From an uncultured Anaerolineales bacterium (GTDB taxonomy: Bacteria > Chloroflexota > Anaerolineae > Epilineales > Epilineaceae): DNA of 45,754 nt. The notes below the pieces were generated by a model. It did not search any database. It was not told the origin of the DNA and worked only from the letters and a program-made list of their open reading frames with translations. A program made the translations under genes and the position numbers. Shown here in pieces: positions 10,301 through 18,373 of the stretch (positions within the stretch are counted from its first letter, which is position 1; each line of letters starts with the position of its first letter). Where the stretch lies: positions 1-45,754 of the forward strand of contig CAYQBA010000011.1 of NCBI GenBank assembly GCA_964415605.1. Direction: 5' to 3'.

Positions 10301-10893
10301 CCGCCACGAACACCCAACCGCCGACCGCCACGCTGCCGGCGACGAGCACCCCGGCGGCGTCGGTCTTCGCGCCGAGCGACGACGCGCGCGTGGTCAGCGA
10401 CAGCGGTGGCTCGAACTACGGGTCGGCCACCTACCTGCGGCTGCGGCTGGCGGCGTCGCAGGAGTATCAGAGCTTCCTCAAGTTCACGGTCTCCGGGCTG
10501 TCGGGGACGGTCGTCAGCGCCAAGGTGCGCCTGTTCGCCTATGACGGCGGGCCCAGCGGCGGGTCGATCTACCGCGTGGCCGACAACGGCTGGGCCGAGG
10601 GCACCATCACCTGGAACAACAAGCCGGCATTCGACGGCGGCGCGCTGGCGACGGTCGGCAACGCGCCCGACAACACGTGGGTCGAGTACAATGTCACGTC
10701 CGCCGTGACGGGCAACGGCACCTACAGCTTCGGGCTCGCCACCGGGGACAGCAACAGCCTGTACTTCCGGTCCAGGGAGAGCGCGTCCAGCCCGCCCAAC
10801 CGGCCGGAGCTCGTCGTCGAAACGACGACCGGCTATGCGCTGCGTTGGAGCCCGCTCCTACGGCGGCTCGACCATCATCCACCATTGAGGTAA
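7327..10893 (+). CDS. Secreted multidomain protein, paralogue of 4295..7186: the same head + PT linkers + 3 DNRLRE-type modules
   Basis: The start is moved from 7273 to ATG 7327, because the upstream part overlaps the terminator hairpin and GAAGGTGA lies just upstream of 7327. Signal peptide '[22 protein letters not shown]'. The head is collinear with the paralogue ('[23 protein letters not shown]' is identical). DNRLRE modules lie at approximately 8848-9315, 9613-10090 and 10360-10825. Confidence 0.85.
   Translation: [1188 protein letters not shown]
9316..9612 (+). repeat. Coding linker built from degenerate 18-bp 'TPTPS[DNV]' units
   Basis: '[95 protein letters not shown]'. It is collinear with the second linker at 10091-10359. 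Confidence 0.7.
10091..10359 (+). repeat. Second copy of the 'TPTPS[DNV]' linker (coding)
   Basis: '[81 protein letters not shown]'. Confidence 0.7.
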
Positions 10894-10897
10894 CGTC

Positions 10898-11806
10898 ATG
10901 ACCTACATCACCCAGCCGCGCCCTTCGGCCGCGGACAAGCGCGCACGCCTGCGCGCCGGCCTCGCCGGCGCCGCGCCGATTGTCGCCATCGGTGCCCACG
11001 ACGCCATGAGCGCCAGCCTCGTCGAGGGCGCGGGCTTCGACGCGGTGTGGGTCAGCGGCTTCGGCGTGTCGACGATGGGCCACGCCCTCCCCGACCTCAA
11101 CCTGATCACGATGACCGAAGCCCTGGACGCGGCGGTCCGGATCGACGCCGCGACCCGCCTGCCGGTGATCGCCGACTGCGACAACGGGTACGGCGGGCTC
11201 ATCAACGTCGTCCGCACCACCGTGGCCTACGAGCGGGCCGGGATCGCGGCGATCTGCGTCGAGGACAACCTGTTCCCGAAGCGCAACAGCCTGTACCTCG
11301 GCCAGACCCTGCGCGAGCTCATCCCGGTCGACGAGCAGGTCCGCCGCATCCGGGCCGCCAAGGCCGCCCAGACCACCGCCGACTTCGTGTTCATCGCCCG
11401 CGTCGAGGCGCTCATCGCGGGGCACGGCGTGGCCGCGGCCTGCGAGCGCGCCGACGCGTACGCCGACGCCGGCGCCGACGCCATCCTCATCCATTCCAAG
11501 GACAAGACCCTCGCCGAGATCAAGGGCTTCCTCGGCCAGTGGTCCGGCCGCGGGCGCGTCCCCCTCGTCGCCGTGCCGACGCTGTTCCCGGACTTCACGG
11601 CCGAGGCGCTGCACGCCAAGGGGTTCCAGGTGATCATCTGGGCCAACCAGCTCATGCGGGCGTCGGTGAAGGCCATGGAAGACACGCTGGGCGTGCTGGC
11701 GGCCGAGCGTAGGGCCGCCGCGGTCGACCCCCACATCGCACCGGTCAACCACGTCTTCGATCTCGTCGACACGGCGGCGGGCATTGCCCTCGAGGAGCGG
11801 GACTGA
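10898..11806 (+). CDS. pepM: Phosphoenolpyruvate mutase (PEP phosphomutase), isocitrate lyase/PEP mutase superfamily
   Basis: The match to PEP mutase is full-length. Motifs: 'GAHDAMSASLVEGAGFDAVWVSG', 'DCDNGYG' (Asp pair), 'EDNLFPKRNS' (the EDKxFPKxNS signature, not the KRCGH of methylisocitrate lyase), 'ARVEALIAG', 'AGADAILIHSK', 'VIIWANQLMRASV'. GAGGT RBS. The start lies 4 nt after the stop of the preceding giant gene. Confidence 0.8.
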   Translation: MTYITQPRPSAADKRARLRAGLAGAAPIVAIGAHDAMSASLVEGAGFDAVWVSGFGVSTMGHALPDLNLITMTEALDAAVRIDAATRLPVIADCDNGYGGLINVVRTTVAYERAGIAAICVEDNLFPKRNSLYLGQTLRELIPVDEQVRRIRAAKAAQTTADFVFIARVEALIAGHGVAAACERADAYADAGADAILIHSKDKTLAEIKGFLGQWSGRGRVPLVAVPTLFPDFTAEALHAKGFQVIIWANQLMRASVKAMEDTLGVLAAERRAAAVDPHIAPVNHVFDLVDTAAGIALEERD

Positions 11807-11925
11807 CCTACCAGCACGGCCACGGCGTATCCGCGGCGGGCGGCCCGACGTCTTGATACCGGACGGGCGCCCGCCGCGCTTTGTTCCAGACCATTTCGGA
11901 TCCCTTTTCCTCAGGAGCTGTTTGC

Positions 11926-12597
11926 GTGGACCAGACGATTCTCGACAACGTCGCGCGCCCGGAGCTGACGCCGGCCATGATCCTCGTCAGCCTGTCGCTG
12001 GCGTTCGCCCTCGCGTTCCTGTGGGCCACCGTCTACCGCCGCACCCACACCGGCGTCGCGTACACGCGGGGCTTCTATTCGACGCTGATCATCATCGCCC
12101 CGATCGTGGCCATGATCATGATGACCATCCAGAGCAACGTCGCGCTGTCGCTCGGCCTGGTCGGCGCGCTCTCGATCATCCGCTTCCGGACGGTCATCAA
12201 GGACACCAAGGACATGACGTTCCTGTTCCAGTCGGTGGCCATCGGTCTGTGCGCGGGCGCCGGGGCGTGGATCATCGCGCTCGTCGGCACGGGCCTTGTC
12301 GCGGCCATCGTGATCGGGCTGCATGCCATCGGTTACGGCGCGCTCGGGTCGGCGGACTACGTCCTGGTGTTCCGATCGCGCGAGGCCGACCCGTGGTCCA
12401 AGCTGTCGCAGGAGGCGCGCGATCTCGTGGCCTGGAAGCAGCTCCGGGGCGCCACCGACATCGGCGACGACGTCGAGTACACCTTCAACATCCGGCTGGC
12501 GCCCAAGACGGCGCCCGAGCACGTCGTCGGCGCGATCCGCGGCGACGTGGCCCGCGAGGTGACCCTGATCACGCCGGAGAACCACCTTGAGCTCTGA
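11926..12597 (+). CDS. DUF4956-family integral membrane protein
   Basis: GTG 11926 lies 8 nt after AGGAG; the ORF-track start at 11881 is a TTG with no RBS. Four or five hydrophobic helices are visible. The conserved loop 'LSIIRFRTVIKDTKDMTF' is typical of DUF4956, a family usually found beside bacterial VTC-domain genes. Confidence 0.75.
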   Translation: MDQTILDNVARPELTPAMILVSLSLAFALAFLWATVYRRTHTGVAYTRGFYSTLIIIAPIVAMIMMTIQSNVALSLGLVGALSIIRFRTVIKDTKDMTFLFQSVAIGLCAGAGAWIIALVGTGLVAAIVIGLHAIGYGALGSADYVLVFRSREADPWSKLSQEARDLVAWKQLRGATDIGDDVEYTFNIRLAPKTAPEHVVGAIRGDVAREVTLITPENHLEL

Positions 12598-12598
12598 C

Positions 12599-13384
12599 GT
12601 GGCCGGACCCGAGGTCGCCACGCGCCGCGCGCGCGACCTCGGGGTCATGCTGGACCGGTTGGAGGTCAAGTACCGGTTGGAGCGGACGCGCCGGACGGCC
12701 CTCGAGCGCGACGTGCGGGCGTTCATGCAGCTCGACGCCCACAGCCGCCGCGACGGCGGCTACGTGGTGCGCAGCCTTTACCTCGACACCCCGGACTATC
12801 TGGCCTACCACGAGAAGATGGCCGGCGCCGCCTTGCGCCACAAGCTGCGGGTGCGGGTGTACGGTGCCGACCCGGGGCGCGAGTCCCCCTTTGTCCGGCT
12901 CGAGATCAAGTCGCGCGTGTTCGACTTCATCCATAAGACCACCGCGACGGTGGCCTGGGCGGACTATCCCGACCTCATGCGGGCCATCGAGCGCCGGTCG
13001 CTGCCGCCCGCGACGCTGATGGCGGACCCGGGCGTGCGGGCCTTCTTCCGGCTGCAGCGCCAGCTCAACATGGAGCCCAAGGTCATCGTGCAGTACCGCC
13101 GCGCCGCCTACGAGCGCCCGGAGGCCCGCCGGGTGCGCGTCAGCTTCGACGACGAGGTGTTCGCGAGCCGGCACCTCGATCTGTGCGGCCCCCTGGTCGG
13201 CGGGCAGCGCCTGCTGCCCTACGGCTGCGCGATCGTCGAGCTCAAGGCCGACGGCGTGATGACGCGCATCTTCCACGGCCTGATCCACAAGTACGATCTC
13301 CGGCACGAGGCGATCAGCAAGTACTGCATCGCCGTGCGCGCCATGGCCCGGCTCTCGGCCCACAGTCGCGCCGACGGCTCCTGA
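12599..13384 (+). CDS. VTC-domain / triphosphate-tunnel (CYTH-like) polyphosphate-polymerase-domain protein
   Basis: Tunnel-strand 'E.K' motifs are present: 'LEVKYRL', 'RLEIKSR', 'VELKAD'. So are the basic strands 'LRHKLRVRVY' and 'VRSLYLDTPD'. The start is uncertain: TTG 12587, GTG 12599 or ATG 12647, all in frame. Confidence 0.7.
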   Translation: MAGPEVATRRARDLGVMLDRLEVKYRLERTRRTALERDVRAFMQLDAHSRRDGGYVVRSLYLDTPDYLAYHEKMAGAALRHKLRVRVYGADPGRESPFVRLEIKSRVFDFIHKTTATVAWADYPDLMRAIERRSLPPATLMADPGVRAFFRLQRQLNMEPKVIVQYRRAAYERPEARRVRVSFDDEVFASRHLDLCGPLVGGQRLLPYGCAIVELKADGVMTRIFHGLIHKYDLRHEAISKYCIAVRAMARLSAHSRADGS

Positions 13385-13435
13385 TCGCCGGGCGGGATCC
13401 ACCGGCGACGATGCGCAGAAAGGTCTGGTCTTGAG

Positions 13436-16400
13436 ATGTCGAACGGCACCCGCCGCCCGATCGGGCTACGCCGCCTGGCCGCGCTCGGCCGGCGCCTTGC
13501 GCGACCGTTTCAGCGGATCTGGCCGCGGCTGCCCGAGGCCCTGTTCGGCATCCTCGCGGTCGGCATCGTCGGCTTTGCCGCCCTCACCCACTCGACCGCC
13601 ATCGCCGAGCGCGCCAGCCGGTTGGTGACCGGCAACCGCTACCTCGCCTTCGCCGACGGCATGTTGAACCCGTTCCGCGGCGCGCACCTCCTCGTCGACT
13701 CCGGCCTGCCGGTCTACGACCTCAAGCTCGCGCCCGAGAGCATCGCGCGGCTCGAGGACGGGGCCGCCCAGGCGCGCCGGGTCGGCGTGATGAGCGAGGA
13801 GATGCGCGCCTGGGTGCCGGGCACGTTCATCGCCGAGGGCCGGCGCTACCGGGTCGACGTCCGGCTGCGCGGCGACCTCCCGCCGCACTGGGAGGGCGCC
13901 AAGAAGTCGTACCGCATCAAGTTCGACAGCCAGAAGCTCGACGACGACGGCACCATCATCGAAGAGGACATCTTCTTCCACGGCCGGCGGCAGATCAACC
14001 TGATCATCCCGATCGACCGCGACTACGCCGTGTCGCCGTTCGTCGCCGACCTGATGACCGACGAGGGGCTCGTGGTGCCGCGCGGCCAGTTCGTCGTCCT
14101 GCGGATCAACGGTCGCCTGCAAGGCCTGTACTACGAGGTCGAGCAGTTCGACAAGCCGCTGATGGCCGCCTACGACCGGCCCGAGACGACGATCTTCGGG
14201 CAGAACGGCCGGGCCCAGCACTTCGAGCAGTACACCGACCTGGGCACCGGCGTGGCCGCCGACGCCCGTTTCGACATGGGGTCGATCCGCGAGACAGTCG
14301 ACCCGGCCTACGACCTCGGCATGCCGCTCATCGCGCTGCTCAACGCCCACGAGCGCCAGCCCTCGCCCGCCACGTTCCGCCGCGCCCGGGCAGCGCTGGA
14401 CTGGGACAAGTACCTGGCGTTTCGCGCCGTCACGACGCTGCTCAACACCAACCACGTCCGGTTCGGGTCCGACAACCTCAAGCTGTACTTCGACGCCAGC
14501 CGCGGTCTCCTGGAGCCGGTGCCGTGGGACGCCCACCTCGTGCGGATGCCGGTGGAGCCCGGGACCATCGACTTCTGGAACGACCACGGTCCGGACGCGC
14601 TGCAGCGCTCGACGCTCGAGGACCCCGCGCTGCGCCTCCAGCGCAACCGGCTCCTGTGGAAGTGGGTCGGCGACGGCGGCGCGTCGCTCATGCGGCGCTA
14701 CGACGCCATCCACGACCGCGTGCGGCTCCTGGCCTGGGCCGACGTGATGGGCACCCTCGGGCAGGGCTACAAGATGGACGTGTTGCGCCGCGACCTCAAG
14801 CACAACGTCGAGCGGGTGCACAAGGTGCTCGGCCTCTCCAGCGCCAACCTCGTCTACCGCCAGCTTGCCCCGGACCTCGGGGCGATCGATGTCTCCACGC
14901 TGAACTTCAGCGGGATGCGCCTCCAGACCATCACGCTGCACGACAGCACCACGGCGCCGGAGGGGAGCCCGATCGCCGTCACCGACAGCCCGACGCTGAC
15001 GCTGCGCTTCGAGGGCCGGTACTTCCTCGTCGAAGACGTCAACGAGGATGGCGCGATCGATCCCGGCGAGCCGGTGGTCGCCCACGCTCAGGCCGCAGCC
15101 GGCAGCGTGACGTTCGCGGTCGACCGCTGGATCCTGCCCGAGGTGGCCTTCAAGGGCGAGATCATCGGCGAGCGTTACTGGGAGTTCATGGACACCCTTC
15201 AGGGCCGGCGGCACTATCTGGTGCGCGGGCACCTCGCGCCCGCCGAGCGCGACCCGCTGGTGACGCCGCTGCCGGCGATCGACGCCGATGCGGTCAACGC
15301 GGTGACCGGCGCGCCGATGGTCGGCGCCGTCGTCGACCCGTCGACGCCGCCGCCCGTCGACGGGACGATCGGCATCACTGCCTACGACGCCTCCGACCCG
15401 TTCGACGTCGAGGCCCGTTTCCTGACCCGCGACGCCTTCGTGGCGCGCCACCCGCAGTTCCGGCCGATGGCCGGTGATCCCGGCGCCGTCACGCTCGGCG
15501 GGACGGTCGTCATCTCGCGCACCGTGATCGTCCCCGAGGGAACCCGCGTCGTCATCCAGCCGGGCGCCGACATCACGCTGGCGCCGGCCACGAGCGTGCT
15601 GATGTACGGCGGCCTCGAGGCCATCGGAACGCCCGCCGAGCGCATCCGGATCCACGGCGACGCGACCGGCCGGCCTTGGGACGTGTTCGCCGTCGTGCGG
15701 CCGCCGCGGCCGGTGGAGGTGCGCCACACCGACATCTCGCACGGGGGGCAGGGGCAGATCAACGGGATGCTGTTCACCGGCGGCTTCGCGGTGCACAACG
15801 GCGACCTGACGCTCGTCGACGCACGCTTCACCGACATGCAGAGCGAGGACGCCATCAACATCAAGAACGGCCACCTGCAGATGGCCGAGAGCCTGGTGGC
15901 CCGGACGGCCAGCGACGGCATCGACGTCGACTTCGGCACCGGCGAGATCCGCGACAGCGTGTTCGAGGACACCACCGGCGACGGCATCGACCTCTCGGGC
16001 AGCACGCTCACCGTGACCGGCACGCGCGTCGCGCGCGCCGGGGACAAGTGCATCAGCGTCGGCGAGGCGTCGGCCCCGACGATCGTCAACAACGTGCTCG
16101 AGGGCTGCGCCATCGGAATCGCGACCAAGGACCTGTCGGACCCGCGCGTGGCGTACAACACGCTGGTCGGCAACCGCTTGGCCTTGCAAGCCAAGCGCAA
16201 GAAGGCGATGTTCGGCGGCGGGGCCGGGACGTTCGTCAACAACGTGTTCGCCGAGAACGGCGTCATGCTGGAGGAGGATTACTTCTCGCGCGGCCAGGTC
16301 GCCGTCCGCCATGCGCTGGCCGATGCCGAGATCGAACGCTGCGAGGCGTGTCGGGTGGTCGACCGGGTGCCCTTCCGCGACGCCGCCAGCGGCGACTGGC

Positions 16401-16540
16401 GTCTCGCGCCCGACGCGCTGCGCGGGCTGGACGTCGGCACCGAGGTCGTCGAGTGGGCCGTCGGCGCCGACGGGGCCGCGACGGGGCCCGGCGTGTACAG
16501 CCTGGCCGGCGCCGTCGGCCGTGCCGACGCGCCGCGCTAG
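13436..16540 (+). CDS. Membrane-anchored CotH-family atypical kinase with a C-terminal right-handed parallel beta-helix domain
   Basis: An N-terminal single TM segment 'LFGILAVGIVGFAALTH' follows a basic stretch. CotH core motifs: 'YRVDVRLRGDLPPHWEGAKKSYRIKF', 'INLIIPIDRDYAVSPFVADLM', 'VVLRINGRLQGLYYEVEQFDK', 'NHVRFGSDNLKLYFD'. The last roughly 350 aa contain repeated 'DGIDVDFG..EIRDS.F', 'GDGIDLSGS' and 'N.L.G' beta-helix rungs. Confidence 0.85.
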   Translation: MSNGTRRPIGLRRLAALGRRLARPFQRIWPRLPEALFGILAVGIVGFAALTHSTAIAERASRLVTGNRYLAFADGMLNPFRGAHLLVDSGLPVYDLKLAPESIARLEDGAAQARRVGVMSEEMRAWVPGTFIAEGRRYRVDVRLRGDLPPHWEGAKKSYRIKFDSQKLDDDGTIIEEDIFFHGRRQINLIIPIDRDYAVSPFVADLMTDEGLVVPRGQFVVLRINGRLQGLYYEVEQFDKPLMAAYDRPETTIFGQNGRAQHFEQYTDLGTGVAADARFDMGSIRETVDPAYDLGMPLIALLNAHERQPSPATFRRARAALDWDKYLAFRAVTTLLNTNHVRFGSDNLKLYFDASRGLLEPVPWDAHLVRMPVEPGTIDFWNDHGPDALQRSTLEDPALRLQRNRLLWKWVGDGGASLMRRYDAIHDRVRLLAWADVMGTLGQGYKMDVLRRDLKHNVERVHKVLGLSSANLVYRQLAPDLGAIDVSTLNFSGMRLQTITLHDSTTAPEGSPIAVTDSPTLTLRFEGRYFLVEDVNEDGAIDPGEPVVAHAQAAAGSVTFAVDRWILPEVAFKGEIIGERYWEFMDTLQGRRHYLVRGHLAPAERDPLVTPLPAIDADAVNAVTGAPMVGAVVDPSTPPPVDGTIGITAYDASDPFDVEARFLTRDAFVARHPQFRPMAGDPGAVTLGGTVVISRTVIVPEGTRVVIQPGADITLAPATSVLMYGGLEAIGTPAERIRIHGDATGRPWDVFAVVRPPRPVEVRHTDISHGGQGQINGMLFTGGFAVHNGDLTLVDARFTDMQSEDAINIKNGHLQMAESLVARTASDGIDVDFGTGEIRDSVFEDTTGDGIDLSGSTLTVTGTRVARAGDKCISVGEASAPTIVNNVLEGCAIGIATKDLSDPRVAYNTLVGNRLALQAKRKKAMFGGGAGTFVNNVFAENGVMLEEDYFSRGQVAVRHALADAEIERCEACRVVDRVPFRDAASGDWRLAPDALRGLDVGTEVVEWAVGADGAATGPGVYSLAGAVGRADAPR

Positions 16541-16587
16541 CCCCGACGCCACGAGCGCCACGACCAGCCCGGGAAGGCCCATCATCC

Positions 16588-17385
16588 ATGCAAGCGCTCA
16601 TCCTCGCCGGCGGCCTCGGCACGCGGCTGCGGCCGGTGGTCGCGGATCGCCCCAAGTCCATGGCCGCCGTGGACGACCGCCCGTTTCTGGCCTATCAGAT
16701 CGCCGGCCTCCGGCGCTGGGGGGTCGAGCATGTCGTCCTGTGCGTCGGCTACCTCCACGAGCACGTGTCGGCCTATTTCGGCGACGGCACCGCGAGCGGC
16801 CTGCGGATCGACTACTCGGTGGAAGACCGGCCGCTCGGCACGGGCGGCGCCGTCAAGCTCGCCGAGCGGTTTGTCCGCGGGCCGTTCCTGGTGCTCAATG
16901 GCGACACCTACTTCGACGTCGACCTGCGGGCCATGGCGCGGGCGCACCAGGCGCGCGCGGTGCCGGGCGGCGTCAACGGGAACGGCCGGCCGGGCGAGGC
17001 CCACACCGCCGGCCCCCTGGGAACGGTCGCGGTGGTGGAGGTGCCCGACACGCGGGCATTTGGATCGGTGGCGCTGCGGGCGGACGGCCGGATCGAGGCG
17101 TTTCGCGAGAAATCGGCGGATTTGGCACCGGGTTTCATCAACGCGGGTATCTATTGGCTCGAGAAAGACGTTATGAATCACATCCCGTCGGGCCGGGCGG
17201 TGTCGCTGGAGCGCGACGTCTTCCCCGGCCTCGTGGCGGATCGGCGGGGATTGTACGCCTTTCCGGCCGCCGGCTTCTTCGTCGACATCGGCACGCCCGA
17301 CGGCTATGCTGCCTTCATCGCCCATATCCATGCCCAGGGAGCCCATTCGCATGATCATCCGGAGCAAGGCGCCGCTTCGGCTTAG
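16588..17385 (+). CDS. hddC: Sugar-1-phosphate nucleotidyltransferase, D-glycero-D-manno-heptose-1-phosphate guanylyltransferase-like
   Basis: 'MQALILAGGLGTRLRP' (the G-x-G-T-R signature), 'PKSMAAVDDRPFL', 'LGTGGA', 'LVLNGDTYFDVD'. The assignment to heptose rests on the adjacent hddA and gmhA genes. The ORF-track entry 15676..17385 is trimmed to ATG 16588. Confidence 0.65.
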   Translation: MQALILAGGLGTRLRPVVADRPKSMAAVDDRPFLAYQIAGLRRWGVEHVVLCVGYLHEHVSAYFGDGTASGLRIDYSVEDRPLGTGGAVKLAERFVRGPFLVLNGDTYFDVDLRAMARAHQARAVPGGVNGNGRPGEAHTAGPLGTVAVVEVPDTRAFGSVALRADGRIEAFREKSADLAPGFINAGIYWLEKDVMNHIPSGRAVSLERDVFPGLVADRRGLYAFPAAGFFVDIGTPDGYAAFIAHIHAQGAHSHDHPEQGAASA

Positions 17386-18373
17386 CTTTTGCGGCGGCGG
17401 CACGGACGTGCTGCCGTACGCCGCCGAGCAGGGCGGGATCGTGCTCAGCGCCACCATCGACAAGTTCGCCTTCGGGACCCTCCGGACGCGCGCCGATCGC
17501 ACCATCACCGTGCAGTCGCTCGACTACGACATGGTGGCCAAGTACGACCTCGACGACGAGATGCGCTACGACGGCGAGCTCGACCTGGTCAAGGCCACGA
17601 TTCGCACCATGTTCCCGGCCAACGGCCTGGAGCAAGGGCTGGACTTCTTCCTGCACAGCGACGCCCCGCCGGGCTCGGGCCTCGGCTCGTCTTCGACGAT
17701 GGTGGTGGCGCTGATCGGGCTGATCCGGCAATGGCAGCGGCGGCCGCTGACGAGCTACGACATCGCCAAGCTGGCCTACCACATCGAGCGCGAGGAGCTC
17801 GGGATCCGCGGCGGCATGCAGGACCAGTACGCCGCCACGTTCGGCGGTTTCAACTTCATCGAGTTCGGCGCCTCCGCCGTCATCGTCAACCCGCTGCGGA
17901 TCGACCCCGACGTCGTCAACGAGCTGCAGTACCACCTGTTGCTGTGCTACACCGGCCGCACCCGGATGTCGGCCAACATCATCCGGACCCAGGTCGACAA
18001 CTACGTGCGCCAGGAGGCCGACGTGCTGTCGGCCATGGCCGAGCTCAAGCACATCACCATCGAGCTCAAGAACGCGCTGCTCCAGGGGCGGCTCGACGAC
18101 TTCGGAGCGCTGCTCCACGACGCGTGGATCAACAAGCAGCGGCTGGCGAGCCAGATCACGAACCCCGTGATCGACGAGCTGTACGCCACGGCGCGCGCGC
18201 ACGGCGCCCTCGGCGGCAAGATCACCGGCGCGGGCGGCGGCGGCTACCTGCTGCTGTACTGCGCCTTCGACAAGAAGCACATCGTGGCCGCCGAGCTCGA
18301 GAAGCTCGGCGGACAGGTGGTGGAGTTCATGTTCGAGCCCCACGGCCTGCAGACCTGGGAGGTGAGGGCATGA
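17351..18373 (+). CDS. hddA: GHMP-family sugar kinase, D-glycero-D-manno-heptose-7-phosphate kinase-like
   Basis: ATG 17351 follows GGAG. '[19 protein letters not shown]' is the typical HddA N-terminus. GHMP motif II '[17 protein letters not shown]' and the C-terminal '[15 protein letters not shown]' are present. Confidence 0.75.
   Translation: MIIRSKAPLRLSFCGGGTDVLPYAAEQGGIVLSATIDKFAFGTLRTRADRTITVQSLDYDMVAKYDLDDEMRYDGELDLVKATIRTMFPANGLEQGLDFFLHSDAPPGSGLGSSSTMVVALIGLIRQWQRRPLTSYDIAKLAYHIEREELGIRGGMQDQYAATFGGFNFIEFGASAVIVNPLRIDPDVVNELQYHLLLCYTGRTRMSANIIRTQVDNYVRQEADVLSAMAELKHITIELKNALLQGRLDDFGALLHDAWINKQRLASQITNPVIDELYATARAHGALGGKITGAGGGGYLLLYCAFDKKHIVAAELEKLGGQVVEFMFEPHGLQTWEVRA

Noticed and set aside
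9316-10359. Regular short repeats (18-bp and 39-bp periodicity here and at 35389-35823) as a possible CRISPR array.
   Set aside because: The units are contiguous with no unique spacers. They are in frame within long ORFs, encode Pro/Thr linkers and have no cas genes nearby.
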